From Candidatus Aenigmarchaeota archaeon LH_S7 (GTDB taxonomy: Archaea > Aenigmatarchaeota > Aenigmatarchaeia > QMZS01): a stretch of 64,000 nt of DNA. Location: contig JAGXOL010000002.1 of the NCBI GenBank assembly GCA_023659895.1, positions 4,388 to 68,387 of the forward strand, in the 5' to 3' direction. Position 1 is the stretch's first letter. Every line of letters starts with the position of its first letter. The notes beneath the pieces were generated by a model, which saw nothing but the letters and a program-made list of their open reading frames with translations, did no database searches and was not told the origin of the DNA. Below, piece after piece: positions 49,098 through 60,153 of the stretch. Made by a program: the position numbers and the translations under genes.

Positions 49098-50732
49098 CTA
49101 ATAACCCACATAATACAATTTAACCAAATAAGGAATTTTATTCCCATTTATATCTGAATAATATTGCATACAATAACTACTGTCTTCAGGTATATCTCTA
49201 TCAAAAACAAAATGGTGTTCTCCAGCAGTCCAAAACATTCCTGTCCTCAAAAGTAATTTTAAATCATCTCTTGTTTTATTAAAATCATACATCCAAAAAG
49301 CTCTTGGAGAAGTTTCATAGGTCTTACCATACTCTTCTAAAATCTTAGCATTCACTAAACTTATTGTTGTGTCTGAAGAAGGGGACAGAACTGTATATTC
49401 ATTTGAATCTACTGTCAGAGGAACATTATCCTTAAAAGTATAATTTCTTGGATTTGATGCAGTTGGAGAAATCTTTACATCAAATGAATCATTGTTTTCT
49501 ATTTGGTAAACACCTAGTTTCACAGAAGAAGAATGCATACAATACTCTCCTTTACTCGTACTATTAGGGCATCCTGTTATATTTACACAAAAACCAAAAT
49601 TTTCAACAGGATATTTACCATCATGCAAATATAAGTTTCCACTTCCTCCACTAGTATCTATTCTAACAATATTATCAAGGAATCTTTTTGCAATCATTCC
49701 TGTATTAGGGTTAGATAAATTGTTGAAACTTAAATCCTTTGTAGAAAAGCTTCCCCAAATATAATTTATTTGAAAAATTTCCTTTGTCAAGGAATCTGGA
49801 TTAGAAGTAAAATCCCTGATCAGAACAATTCCTTTACCTTTTCTTAACAGATTCTTTACATTTGATTCATAATCAGATAAATTTACATTACCACAAACAA
49901 TATAAGTGTCAAAACTGTTATCTGATAGCAAGTTTGCTATGCTCAATATATTTGTACTAATATTTTTTGGAGGATAGTTTGCACTAAAAAATTCTGAAGG
50001 TAAATTGCAACTGTCATGTATTCCCACAGAAATATTTTGTCCAGAAATACCTTTTATCTCATATTCAAAATCTACCATCGGAGGAAAGGTTTCACTACTT
50101 AAATCCTCAAAATATTCTTTATCCAAACTTCTATACAAGCATAGTTTTCGTAGTTCAAGACTATTATTTGGTTCAGAAGTAGCTTCACAATATGCGGTTG
50201 TATATAAAGTAATATTGTTTTCTCCTTCATTAAAAGAAAAAGTGCCTGCATCCTCATATCTTATACTACTATTATGACCTTCTAAATCATCCCTCAGCTC
50301 TGTACCATTAACACCATTAACCTCTATATAGCCTTGTTCCCGTAACTCCTCAGAGCCGTTTCTATATACTCTTGCTACAACTGAATAATTACCCGCGATT
50401 GGAACATTTATAGTTATGGTATTATTAGTAGGGCATGATTTAGTGCAGTTCACTCCGCACACATGCCAATCAGTTTTATTGTAAGTGTAATCAGCACCCT
50501 CACAAGCTCTCAAAGCATAATTTTCTTCAGATGATAAAGCACTTTTTGAAATATCATTTATAGACACAGAATTGAGTAAATCATTACAAATAATATTATC
50601 ACTCACTTCCCTCCAATTATTTTTTTCTGTTTGTTTTGTATCTGGTAAAAGATTAGGTAAAATTACTACCAAAACTATGAAAGAAAACAAAACCACTTCT
50701 ATCACCCTAATAAATCCTTTTTTAGCTAACAT
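49098..50732 (-). CDS. Large pilin/adhesin-like protein with class III signal peptide
   Basis: KKG|FIRVIE plus hydrophobic helix; Asn/Ser/Cys-rich; in the TadB/C cluster. Confidence 0.7.
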   Translation of the reverse strand: MLAKKGFIRVIEVVLFSFIVLVVILPNLLPDTKQTEKNNWREVSDNIICNDLLNSVSINDISKSALSSEENYALRACEGADYTYNKTDWHVCGVNCTKSCPTNNTITINVPIAGNYSVVARVYRNGSEELREQGYIEVNGVNGTELRDDLEGHNSSIRYEDAGTFSFNEGENNITLYTTAYCEATSEPNNSLELRKLCLYRSLDKEYFEDLSSETFPPMVDFEYEIKGISGQNISVGIHDSCNLPSEFFSANYPPKNISTNILSIANLLSDNSFDTYIVCGNVNLSDYESNVKNLLRKGKGIVLIRDFTSNPDSLTKEIFQINYIWGSFSTKDLSFNNLSNPNTGMIAKRFLDNIVRIDTSGGSGNLYLHDGKYPVENFGFCVNITGCPNSTSKGEYCMHSSSVKLGVYQIENNDSFDVKISPTASNPRNYTFKDNVPLTVDSNEYTVLSPSSDTTISLVNAKILEEYGKTYETSPRAFWMYDFNKTRDDLKLLLRTGMFWTAGEHHFVFDRDIPEDSSYCMQYYSDINGNKIPYLVKLYYVGY

Positions 50733-51210
50733 AAACTTTCACCTCAGCTAATAAACCGTCCAAAACACCTATTCTCCTGATTCCTGCTCTTTTATTTAAG
50801 GATTCTCCTCCAGGAAAACACTCTAACACATTTGTTCCATTGAAATAGTTAATCTCTATAGAAAGACTATTATCTTCCAAGCTAAATGAATTTAATAATT
50901 TTCTTTTTTTTGTAATATTTGTAGAAGTGCAAATCTTTTCCAATTCATTTATTTTTGATTGATTTAATAAATGGTGTTCTGATACTAACCCTATCCTATC
51001 AAAATTAGTTTCATTCCAATTAGCAGGATAACCTTTATCCTTGATTAACAGTTCAGAAACTTGATAAGCTTTTGCATATAAAATATCTGATTCCGTGTCT
51101 TCTCCGTAAAAAGAAGAAGAAGTTAGTAAAACGTGTATTAAATAGATCACTACACCTAAAAAAATCACCACACTTACTATAAAATGAAGATTTACTTGTC
51201 CTCTCAACAT
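50722..51210 (-). CDS. Pilin-like protein with class III signal peptide
   Basis: RG|QVNLHF plus hydrophobic helix; GYPANW...IGL. Confidence 0.75.
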   Translation of the reverse strand: MLRGQVNLHFIVSVVIFLGVVIYLIHVLLTSSSFYGEDTESDILYAKAYQVSELLIKDKGYPANWNETNFDRIGLVSEHHLLNQSKINELEKICTSTNITKKRKLLNSFSLEDNSLSIEINYFNGTNVLECFPGGESLNKRAGIRRIGVLDGLLAEVKVYVS

Positions 51211-51211
51211 A

Positions 51212-52192
51212 TTAAAATAAACCAAGTAAGTTTGTTAAAACTATTACTGCAAAACCTAAAACAGACATGATTAAACCATGCTTTGCTCCTTCAAGCCAGC
51301 TTTTAGCTGAAATTTGTCCTGCTATCAAACCTGTAAAAAATCCCTGGATAACTATCATAGTGAAAAATAATGATTTATAATATAAGTCTGTGGAATAAGG
51401 TTCTCCAAAACCATATATTCCTCCCACTAAATTATAATAACCACACAAAGCAAGACAGAAATTATTGTTGCACGTTTCAGGAGCACAAGGGGAAACAGCT
51501 TTCATGACACTAAAACCAATGCTCTCTGTTTCTGTTGATGACATCTGTGTTATCATAGGTAACAAAAAGTTCCCTAAGACTATAATAAGCCCTATATACA
51601 AAAAGAAAATACCATACATCATAAAAACGTGCTGTTGCATCAATGATTTTTTGTAATTTTCAGTTTCCATTATTTTCAGGAGAGAATCTATCAAAGTATC
51701 CAAAATATCCTCAATATTTCCACCAGAACGGTAAGTTTCATGCAATATTGCTAAAGAACGAGATAAAACCCTACTTTCAGATAAATTTTTTCCCATGTGT
51801 TTTATAGAATAATCTATACTAACTCCCCAACTTATATCCTTCTTTAGTTTATCAACGTATTTATCTAACTTTCCATAATTCCCTTTACAAGATTTAATCG
51901 CATCAGGAAAAGAAATTCCACTCTCTTTTGCCTCTTTCAAATCATTCAAAAAATGAGGAATATTCTTCTCACAATCTTTTAATTCCAAATAATGGATGTA
52001 TCTATATATGAAAAAAGGCACAAAGCTAACAAAAACAGCAAGCAAAATAAAATTCAAAAGTATATTCCAATTACCAAATATTAAAGAAAAGATAATGCCT
52101 ATGACTACAATCACTATTGAGGCTACAGCAGAATAAAGTATTATCTTTTCTTTTCCTGTTAATTTCTCCCCAAAAAAATCCTCTATTTTCAT
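51212..52192 (-). CDS. Type II secretion system F (TadC-like) membrane platform protein
   Basis: FLNDL...ESG, YGKL, SWG, SGG, QGFFTGLIAGQ. Confidence 0.88.
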   Translation of the reverse strand: MKIEDFFGEKLTGKEKIILYSAVASIVIVVIGIIFSLIFGNWNILLNFILLAVFVSFVPFFIYRYIHYLELKDCEKNIPHFLNDLKEAKESGISFPDAIKSCKGNYGKLDKYVDKLKKDISWGVSIDYSIKHMGKNLSESRVLSRSLAILHETYRSGGNIEDILDTLIDSLLKIMETENYKKSLMQQHVFMMYGIFFLYIGLIIVLGNFLLPMITQMSSTETESIGFSVMKAVSPCAPETCNNNFCLALCGYYNLVGGIYGFGEPYSTDLYYKSLFFTMIVIQGFFTGLIAGQISAKSWLEGAKHGLIMSVLGFAVIVLTNLLGLF

Positions 52193-53046
52193 GGTGAAGC
52201 AACATTAATATAAAAAGCAAATGCAACTGAAATGATAGGCATTAATGCAAAAGATATCATAGCTTGGATAGCTAAAATGTTTCCTGCACCTCCCATAACA
52301 GCCATGACTGAAGAAAGAATTGTAAAGAAAATTGGACCAATTATCATTATTGTAATATACATCTCAGTAAGCATAGATAGTAAATCCGCGTGGGTTTTAA
52401 TTCTATTTTGATATTGTTTAAATAAATTGTTCGCTTTCCCACTAAAAAAAGCGGTTACATCTCCACCAGAAGTTAAAGTAGCTTCTAGCCCTAAAAGCAA
52501 GTCCCGAAATTCCTTTGAAGGAGTTCTTTTTGCTTCTCTTCTTAAAGCAGTTAATAAATCCATACCCATGCCTTCCACATCCTTTATAACATTTAAGGCT
52601 TGCTGTTTTAGTTCTGGATATTCCTCTATCTTTGATATTGATTTGAATATGGTTATTGGAGGTGCATCTGAAGATGCAGAGGCAACCATGTAACTTACTG
52701 AAAAAGGTAATCCTTTTTCAATTTTTGAAGCCAGGTTAGACACTTGCGCTTTCGGATATGTGGTAAACAAGAAAAAAATTAAAACACCTCCTATTGCTGA
52801 GAAAATAAGAGCAAATATGATTGCAATAATAACCGGAATAAAAAAGGCCAAGATAAATGTTACAATAGGTATCTCAACCGCAGTTACAATCAAAGAAATG
52901 AAAATCGCTAAAGATAAATATTCCTCCAAAGTATAACGCATATTACTCTTTTTAAGGTCTTCTATTATATAACCAAAATTTGGAGATATCTTTCTAGCTA
53001 TTTCACCATAGGACAAATAAATTCTTTTGATATGTTCCTCAAACAT
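52189..53046 (-). CDS. Type II secretion system F (TadB/C-like) membrane platform protein
   Basis: IEKGLPF, GMDLLTAL, TPS..F, SGGD. Confidence 0.88.
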   Translation of the reverse strand: MFEEHIKRIYLSYGEIARKISPNFGYIIEDLKKSNMRYTLEEYLSLAIFISLIVTAVEIPIVTFILAFFIPVIIAIIFALIFSAIGGVLIFFLFTTYPKAQVSNLASKIEKGLPFSVSYMVASASSDAPPITIFKSISKIEEYPELKQQALNVIKDVEGMGMDLLTALRREAKRTPSKEFRDLLLGLEATLTSGGDVTAFFSGKANNLFKQYQNRIKTHADLLSMLTEMYITIMIIGPIFFTILSSVMAVMGGAGNILAIQAMISFALMPIISVAFAFYINVASP

Positions 53047-53130
53047 AACTATAATAGAAAATGCTTCTAATAAACTTTCAAAGCACTTGTATAAAACAGG
53101 TCAAATTAATAAAACTTTTTTGTTTTAGTT

Positions 53131-53796
53131 ATGGAAGAAAAAAAAGGAGAATATGTGATAGTTACTCCAGGAACATTACTAGCAACAACAAAAAAGTCAG
53201 GAGATGGAATTTATACTTCAGAAGAAAAGACTTATTCCAAGTATTTTGGGATTTTAAGGAAATCTGAATACAAAGTGAATGTTATTCCTTTTCAGCACAC
53301 TTACAAGCCTAATAGAGAGGATAAGATAATAGGGATGGTTAAGGAATTTGTTTATCCCTTCTTTATAATTGATATGTTATCTCCAATAAAGGGATATTTG
53401 TATTTGAGCAACATTTCTGATTATCCTATAAGACAGGATAAGGCAACTAAAATTTATTCACCTGGTACTTGGATATACTCTGAAATAATGGATATTTCAG
53501 ACAAGGTAAAATTGTCTATGAAAGGTAAGGAGTCAAAAACATTAAAGAATGGTGGAATTGCTTATATTACACCTTCAAAGGTTCCAAGAGTGATTGGTAA
53601 AGGAGGGAGCATGATAAAGATGATTATGGATAAAACTAACTGCAAGGTCTTGGTTGGCCAAAATGGAGCTATATGGATAGAAGGAGAAAATTTGAACTTA
53701 GTAATAAAAATTATCAAGAAAATAGATGAGGAATCTCATATTCCTGGTTTAACAGACAGGATTAATGAGATGATAGATAAAGGATTGAAAAAATAA
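53131..53796 (+). CDS. rrp4: Exosome RNA-binding subunit Rrp4
   Basis: VTPG, S1 domain, KVPRVIGKGGSM KH motif, VGQNGAIW. Confidence 0.93.
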   Translation: MEEKKGEYVIVTPGTLLATTKKSGDGIYTSEEKTYSKYFGILRKSEYKVNVIPFQHTYKPNREDKIIGMVKEFVYPFFIIDMLSPIKGYLYLSNISDYPIRQDKATKIYSPGTWIYSEIMDISDKVKLSMKGKESKTLKNGGIAYITPSKVPRVIGKGGSMIKMIMDKTNCKVLVGQNGAIWIEGENLNLVIKIIKKIDEESHIPGLTDRINEMIDKGLKK

Positions 53797-53797
53797 T

Positions 53798-54514
53798 ATG
53801 GAAGGAATGATTAAAGAAGGGAAAAGAACAGATGGGAGGAACTTGGATGAGTTAAGGAACTTGGAAGCAAAGATAGGAATCAGTAAGGAAGCTACAGGAA
53901 GTGCAATGTTTAGGATGGGTGGAACAAAAGCTATTGCTTATGTTTATGGACCTATGGAAGTAATTCCTAAATTCTTGGAACAAAGTGAAAGAGCTATATT
54001 GGATGTGAACTATAATATGTTGCCATTTTCAACAGAGGAGAGGAAAAGGTCTGGATTTTCAAGAAGGAACGCGGAAATATCAAGTGTAATAAAAAGAGTT
54101 CTGGAAAGTGTTATATTTCTAGAAGACATTCCAAAAACAAAAATCTTGGTTAACATTGATATCTTGAATGCGGATGCAAGTACGAGATGTGCTGCTATTA
54201 ATGCAGCTTCTTTAGCTTTAACAACTGCAGGAATGCCAATGAATGACTTAGTTACTAGTTGTGCTGCTGGTAGGGTTGGAGAAAATTTGATTTTAGATGT
54301 TGCAGGAAAGGAAGATACTGAGGGTGATGTGGACTTACCTATTGCTTATCTTCCAGTAAAAGACGAGATTCTGTTGTTGCAGATGGATGGAATTCTAAAG
54401 AATGAGGATTTTGAAAAATTGATGGAATTGTGCAAGAAAGGTTGCAAGCAGATACATGAGTTCCAGAGAAATACTTTGTTGGATTACAAAAACAATTTCA
54501 ACAATAAAAGCTAA
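53798..54514 (+). CDS. rrp41: Exosome RNase PH subunit Rrp41
   Basis: RTDGR..DELR, GSA, YGP, PFSTEER, ADASTR, LLQMDG. Confidence 0.93.
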   Translation: MEGMIKEGKRTDGRNLDELRNLEAKIGISKEATGSAMFRMGGTKAIAYVYGPMEVIPKFLEQSERAILDVNYNMLPFSTEERKRSGFSRRNAEISSVIKRVLESVIFLEDIPKTKILVNIDILNADASTRCAAINAASLALTTAGMPMNDLVTSCAAGRVGENLILDVAGKEDTEGDVDLPIAYLPVKDEILLLQMDGILKNEDFEKLMELCKKGCKQIHEFQRNTLLDYKNNFNNKS

Positions 54515-54575
54515 ATGATTTTAATTATATTTTCTTTTAACAAAACATAGGATTAAATAATTTTAAGGAATAATT

Positions 54576-54896
54576 ATGTTCCCAAATATGGATCCAAAGA
54601 AGTTGGAAAAGATGGCCAAGCAAATGGGCATGGAAATGGAGAATATTGATGCTAATAGAGTTGTTATTGAAAGTGGTGAGAAAGAAATAATTATAAAAAA
54701 TCCACAGGTCTCAAAAATAAAAATGCAGGGACAGGAAACTTTCCAGATTTCAGGAGAAATTGAAGAGAAAGGAAAAATAAGTGATGAGGATGTTGAAATA
54801 GTTTCCCAAAAAGCCAATGTTTCAAAGGAAGAAGCACGCAATTTGTTGGAAAAAACTGGAGACATTGTAAGTGCAATAAAAGAATCTCAAAAATGA
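54576..54896 (+). CDS. nac: Nascent polypeptide-associated complex protein
   Basis: M..QMG, NPQVS, GQETFQI, C-terminal UBA (GDIVSAI). Confidence 0.93.
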   Translation: MFPNMDPKKLEKMAKQMGMEMENIDANRVVIESGEKEIIIKNPQVSKIKMQGQETFQISGEIEEKGKISDEDVEIVSQKANVSKEEARNLLEKTGDIVSAIKESQK

Positions 54897-55507
54897 AACT
54901 GTTGATAATAGGTCCACCAGCTTCTGGAAAAGGTACTCAAGCAGAAAAAATTGCTGAGAATTTTGAATTGGAACATATTTCAACAGGGGATATTTTCAGG
55001 AAAATAAATGATGAAGAAATTTCTCAGCACTTGGCTTCAGGTAAATTGCTTCCTGATGAACTCGTTTTCAAAGCAGTTAAGGAAAAACTTGATGAAAAGG
55101 AGAATTTTATTTTGGATGGTTATCCAAGAAATGTAAACCAAGCAAAAATGCTTGACAAATTTTTGGAGGAAAGAAATAGCAAAATTGACTATATAATTTA
55201 TTTGAAAGTGAGTGAGGAAACAATAATAAAGAGGATGACTTCAAGAAGAACATGTAAAGAGTGTGGAAAAACTTATAACTTAATAACTTCCCCTCCACCA
55301 GAAGAAAATAAATGTGAATGTGGTGGAAAATTAATACAAAGGGAAGATGATAAGGAGGAAGTTGTTAGGGACCGCGTGAAAATTTTCAAGAAAATCACCC
55401 AACCAGTTATAGATCATTACATAAACAAATTAATCGCAGTTGATGGAGAACTTTCTATTGATGAAGTTTATGAAAAAATTGTTGAACTTCTAAATAATCA
55501 ATCATAA
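54893..55507 (+). CDS. adk: Adenylate kinase (bacterial-type, Zn lid)
   Basis: GPPASGKGTQ, HISTGD, LDGYPR, CKEC..CECG, QREDD. Confidence 0.95.
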   Translation: MKLLIIGPPASGKGTQAEKIAENFELEHISTGDIFRKINDEEISQHLASGKLLPDELVFKAVKEKLDEKENFILDGYPRNVNQAKMLDKFLEERNSKIDYIIYLKVSEETIIKRMTSRRTCKECGKTYNLITSPPPEENKCECGGKLIQREDDKEEVVRDRVKIFKKITQPVIDHYINKLIAVDGELSIDEVYEKIVELLNNQS

Positions 55508-55763
55508 TTCGATTAATTCATTTCTTATTTTCGCTAACTCATTTGAGGAATACTCTGAAATCCTTTTTCCTTTTAATATAACTTTGCCTTCTGTGGGCTT
55601 ATCCAACCAAATGCATCAAGGTGGATTTACCAGAGCCACTAGGACCAAAGAAAAGAACAAATTCCCCTTTCTTTATCTTCATATTTACTTTATCTAAGGC
55701 ATACACTTTATTATCGCCTATTTCATAGATCTTGGAAACATTCTTCAGCTCAAAAAGACTCAT
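55503..55763 (-). pseudogene. N-terminal fragment of a LolD/MacB-type ABC ATPase
   Basis: [13 protein letters not shown]...[15 protein letters not shown] then shifted PTEGKV...ELAKIRN*. Confidence 0.75.
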
Positions 55764-55816
55764 AATATTCGAAGACTAATAGAACTCTATTTAATTTTTT
55801 AAAACCTAATTATAAA

Positions 55817-56749
55817 ATGGCAACACCACATAGTCCTAGAAGGGGAAGTATTCAATTTTGGCCGAGAGTTAGAGCTAAAAGAATATACCCTAATATCTCA
55901 TTTTTTAAAGGGGATTCTCTGGGTGTAATCGCAGGTTACAAAGTAAGCATGGTTCAATATTCAGCTACTGAAACCCGTAGCAATGTGAATAAAGGAAAAG
56001 AGATTGTGGAGCCAGGTACTATTCTGGAGATACCTCCTTTGTACCTAATATCTCTGGTTTTTTACAAGAAAACTGCTTATGGAAAAAGGAAGATAACAGA
56101 GTATTTTAACATCAAAGATTTGCCAAAAGAGCTTAAGAAAGACTTGAAAAGAAAAACAAAATTTAAGAAAGAAGAATATGGTAAGATTCCTAAAGAATAT
56201 GATGAATTGAGGATTAAAGTTGCAACTTTTCCTAGAAAAATAAAATTGAAAAAAACACCTGAAATCCTTGAATTTGGTCTTTCCGAGTCTTTAGAAAAAA
56301 CCAAAGAACTTTTAGGTAAAGAAATTAGTCCAGAAAATTATTTTTCTGAGGGTGAGTATATTGATGTTACTTCAATCACAAAAGGAAAAGGTACTCAGGG
56401 CACAGTTAAAAGATTTGGAATAAAATTGAGAGGTCATAAAGCAAAAAAAGGTAGGAGAAGGGTTGGTTCTGTGGGAAGCAGGTCACCTGGAAAAATTGAT
56501 TGGCAGGTTCCAATGCCTGGACAAATGGGTTTTCAACAAAGAACAGAAAACAACAAAGTTATAATGAAAATTTCTGATAATTTAGATGAAATTAATCCTA
56601 AAAGAGGTTTTAAAAGGTATGGGAATGTAAATACAAAATACATTTTAATTAGTGGTTCTGTGCCAGGTCCAAAGAAAAGGTTAGTTGTGCTAAGAAAACC
56701 TAAGAAAGCTAGAAAGATGGTTCCTCAAATAAAGGAAATTTTGAAATAG
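55817..56749 (+). CDS. rpl3: 50S ribosomal protein L3 (uL3)
   Basis: PRRGS..FWPR.RA, TKGKG.QG.VKRFG, GQMGF..RTE, GSVPGPKKR. Confidence 0.97.
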   Translation: MATPHSPRRGSIQFWPRVRAKRIYPNISFFKGDSLGVIAGYKVSMVQYSATETRSNVNKGKEIVEPGTILEIPPLYLISLVFYKKTAYGKRKITEYFNIKDLPKELKKDLKRKTKFKKEEYGKIPKEYDELRIKVATFPRKIKLKKTPEILEFGLSESLEKTKELLGKEISPENYFSEGEYIDVTSITKGKGTQGTVKRFGIKLRGHKAKKGRRRVGSVGSRSPGKIDWQVPMPGQMGFQQRTENNKVIMKISDNLDEINPKRGFKRYGNVNTKYILISGSVPGPKKRLVVLRKPKKARKMVPQIKEILK

Positions 56750-56753
56750 TTAT

Positions 56754-57017
56754 TAAAGATGTGCGAAATAAAATAATAAACTAATCAATTTTTCCAGGAA
56801 GCCTAATTTCGCACACTTACTTCACTAAAGAGATAATTTCCACCTTACTATTTTAGATTCTAAATCTGCTGAATTCCCTGAGACTTATTTTGTCGCAGAT
56901 AATACTGTCAATAGCAATTATCAATATTGCACTCAATGAAGCAAAAACAACAGATGTTTTTCTTATGATTCCTATAACCTTCTGCCAGCATTTATCCATA
57001 GATTTCATACACCCCTA
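56754..57017 (-). mobile_element. Internally deleted (MITE-like) derivative of the IS
   Basis: Right TIR plus 3' part of the transposase joined to the outer left TIR ATTTCATACACCCCTA. Confidence 0.85.
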
Positions 57018-57052
57018 TATATTTATTCAAATAAATATAGTATGAAATGCTA

Positions 57053-58372
57053 TTATTCAGCTAAAATCTCCCTACCAGCCAAAATACCTGTTGCCGCAGC
57101 ATTTATAATATCTCTTGATAAACCACACCCATCTCCTGCTGCATATAAATTCTTAACTGAAGTTTGCATATTTTTATCAACATTTAATTTTATTGCATAA
57201 AATTTTACTTCTGGGGCATAAAGCAGGGTTGAATCAGATGCAACTCCCGGAATAATTTTATCCAGGACTTCAAGACCATCCAAAATATCTTTTACAATTC
57301 TGTGAGGCATGGCCATTGAAATATCTCCTGGAGTTACCTCTTCCAGACTATTATTCACAGGATTTCGCTTTATTTTATCCCAGGTTGACCTCCTTCCTCT
57401 CCTCAAATCACCAAATCTTTGTATTAGTGGTTTTCCTCCTCCAATCGTGGTTGCAAGTTTTGCAATTGACTTTCCATATTTTGTTGTGTTTTCAAGTGGT
57501 TTGGTTAACTTAATACTAACCAAAAATGCAAAGTTTGTATTCTCTGATTTTGTTTTTCTAAGAGAATGCCCATTTACAGTCACAAAACTATCCTGCTCTT
57601 CTTTAACAACAAATCCATGCTCATTAGTACAAAATGTCCTGATAAAATCATCATAAATTTTTGTGTAAATATGAAATTTAGGGTCTCTGTTTATTTCTGT
57701 TATAGAATTTGTAACTATTGCGGGAACTTCTATTCTCACTCCAATATCAATCTCCCCATAAAAAAATTCAATTTTGTGTTTTTCAACCAAATTATTTATA
57801 AACTCTGCACCAACTCTCCCGGGAGCCAACAAAATTTTTCCTGCTCTTATTTCTTTCCCATTTTTTAGAATCACTCCATTACAACAGTTATTTTCAATAA
57901 TCAAACCAGAGACCTCGGAATTCAACAGAAATTCTACACCCCTTTTTTCAAGGTTTGATTTAAAATTTTTTATAATTTCCGGAGAATTATCAGAGCCTAT
58001 ATGTCTCTGCCTTGTTTCAACAAATTTTGCTCCATAAGATAAAGCTACTCTCTTTAGTTTTTCTATCTTTGTAGGATCATAATATTGTAAATCTTTTGGA
58101 ACCCCATATTTAAGAAAAATTTTATCAACTTGGTTAACTAAATTCCATGCTTCTATTCTGTTTGTAAAATCCATAAGATTTCCACCTATTTCCGGATTTA
58201 AATTTAAGGTTCCGTCAGAGAAAGTTCCTGCGCCTCCAACACCATATAATATACTTGTTCTTTTATCCACATCCTTGCCCTTATCAACAATTATTACCTC
58301 TTTTTTACCTGCCAATTCATTTGCTGCAAATAGACCAGCAGGTCCTGCCCCTATTATTAAAACATCTTTCAT
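57053..58372 (-). CDS. FAD-dependent oxidoreductase
   Basis: IIGAGPAGL, GGAGTFSDG, RTFCTN..G, YAPEVKFY, AGDGCG. Confidence 0.9.
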   Translation of the reverse strand: MKDVLIIGAGPAGLFAANELAGKKEVIIVDKGKDVDKRTSILYGVGGAGTFSDGTLNLNPEIGGNLMDFTNRIEAWNLVNQVDKIFLKYGVPKDLQYYDPTKIEKLKRVALSYGAKFVETRQRHIGSDNSPEIIKNFKSNLEKRGVEFLLNSEVSGLIIENNCCNGVILKNGKEIRAGKILLAPGRVGAEFINNLVEKHKIEFFYGEIDIGVRIEVPAIVTNSITEINRDPKFHIYTKIYDDFIRTFCTNEHGFVVKEEQDSFVTVNGHSLRKTKSENTNFAFLVSIKLTKPLENTTKYGKSIAKLATTIGGGKPLIQRFGDLRRGRRSTWDKIKRNPVNNSLEEVTPGDISMAMPHRIVKDILDGLEVLDKIIPGVASDSTLLYAPEVKFYAIKLNVDKNMQTSVKNLYAAGDGCGLSRDIINAAATGILAGREILAE

Positions 58373-58638
58373 AATATTCTTTTTAGGTAAATTAACTTAA
58401 ATTCTTCTTACTCTTGAAAACCTATTTTTGTCTGTGGTTTTCTGTAATTTTCCCTGAAAACTTCTTGGAGTCAGAAATTCTCCAAAAAATTCCCCTCTCT
58501 TTCCAAAAATCATACAAAATATCTTTATTCCTTTATCTTCAAGGAGAATTTTGTTCCCTCCTATTTCTTTTATCTCCTCCATAAAAAGTTAGCGAAGTCA
58601 TAATTACCAAGACTATTATTAAGATTAAATATAATACC

Positions 58639-58703
58639 TAAAGGTGTACGAAATAAAATAATAAACTAATCAATTCTCTCCAGAAAGCTTAATTTCTACC
58701 TTA
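58639..58703 (-). mobile_element. Solo right-end fragment of the same IS
   Basis: TAAAGGTGTACGAAATAAAATAATAAACTAATCAATT matches 14764 and 56754. Confidence 0.75.
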
Positions 58704-59069
58704 TTATTTTAGAACATTTATTTGACTCTTAAGCATTATCTCTTCTTGCTGGAAAGATTCAATAATTTTTTTATAAGTAGATTCACTTATCTTTCTATTA
58801 TAATAAGCCTTTTCTGCTTCTTTTATACTACTTTTAATAGCTTTTAATCTTAACTCAGATTCTTTTAATTTTTCATCAGGCTTTAGTCTCATTTTTGACG
58901 TGTATAATATATAATAAGAAGTGGTGACTAAATTGGTAGCCATTAAGATAAGAATCAAATTATACACTATATTCTCAAAATTTGAGAATTTAAAAAGTAT
59001 AATAGCTACAGAAGCTACGAGAAGAGAAACTAAAACCCCCCAAACAAAATCTTGAGTAATACCTTTCAT
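58704..59069 (-). CDS. Hypothetical two-TM protein with C-terminal coiled coil
   Basis: Hydrophobic N-terminus; EKAYYNRKISE..Y tail. Confidence 0.6.
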   Translation of the reverse strand: MKGITQDFVWGVLVSLLVASVAIILFKFSNFENIVYNLILILMATNLVTTSYYILYTSKMRLKPDEKLKESELRLKAIKSSIKEAEKAYYNRKISESTYKKIIESFQQEEIMLKSQINVLK

Positions 59070-59124
59070 AATTTAAGCCTTTTAATAGTTTTTATAATTA
59101 TTAAAATTTTATCCAATTAATTAA

Positions 59125-59538
59125 ATGAAGAAGGAATTCAGTAAAAATTGGGTTTCAAGCAAACAGCCAAGGAAACAAAGAAAGTACAGATATAACGCTC
59201 CTTTGCATATAAGACAAAATTTTGTTAGTACTAATTTTAACAAAGAATTAAGAAAAAAATATAACAAAAGAAGTTTTCCTTTGAGAGCAGGAGATTCTGT
59301 AAAAGTGATGAGAGGAGGTTTTAAAGGCAAAACAGGAAAAATCTCTAAAGTTGATTTAAAAGATATAAAAGTTTATATAGAAGGTTTGAAAAGAAAAAAA
59401 TCTGATGGTAAGGAAGTTCAAGTTCCATTTAAACCTTCAAATTTACAGATAATTTCTGTAAATATAGAAGATAAGAAAAGAGCAAAGATTGCTGACAAGA
59501 AAATTTCTAAGAATCCAAAATCAACAAAGAACCAATAA
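59125..59538 (+). CDS. rpl24: 50S ribosomal protein L24 (uL24)
   Basis: SKQPRKQRK..YNAPLH, GDSVKVMRG. Confidence 0.97.
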   Translation: MKKEFSKNWVSSKQPRKQRKYRYNAPLHIRQNFVSTNFNKELRKKYNKRSFPLRAGDSVKVMRGGFKGKTGKISKVDLKDIKVYIEGLKRKKSDGKEVQVPFKPSNLQIISVNIEDKKRAKIADKKISKNPKSTKNQ

Positions 59539-59575
59539 ACTTGAATTTCAAAAAAATTTTTAAAAAGAAAATAAT

Positions 59576-59692
<117 letters not shown>

Positions 59693-60153
59693 AATTATAT
59701 TTAGATTTAAATTTTAAATTTCTATTATAGATATAATATTTATACTATCACAAATTGGTTTATTGTCATTATTTCATCCTTACATATAATCGTATTATAT
59801 TGGATACTTCCCTCAATAATCGCATCAATAAAAAAGTATTATGCTATCAAGTCTTATTATAAACATAATCTTAAGTTTAAAGTGCTTTGTTAATGGGATT
59901 AGGAGCTAATATTCTTCCTTCATTAATGGGAACTTATTATAAACAAATTTCTCAATGGATTCCTCTCTCTTATTTAAGGTTTGGTCCTTTAACATTAATA
60001 TCAGTAATTGTAGGTTTAATAATCTGGATACGCTTGGAATGTTCATAATGTCTGATTTGGAAATGGAAGACAGGATAAAGATTGGTGAGACAGTTTTGTA
60101 ATAACACAATTGGTGATAATCTTAAATTTTTTTTATTTTTGGAACTTGCTAAT

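Noticed and set aside
59750..60150. Gene between 5S rRNA and GGGP synthase
   Set aside because: Only short ORFs with no recognisable motif; possibly debris, but this cannot be supported
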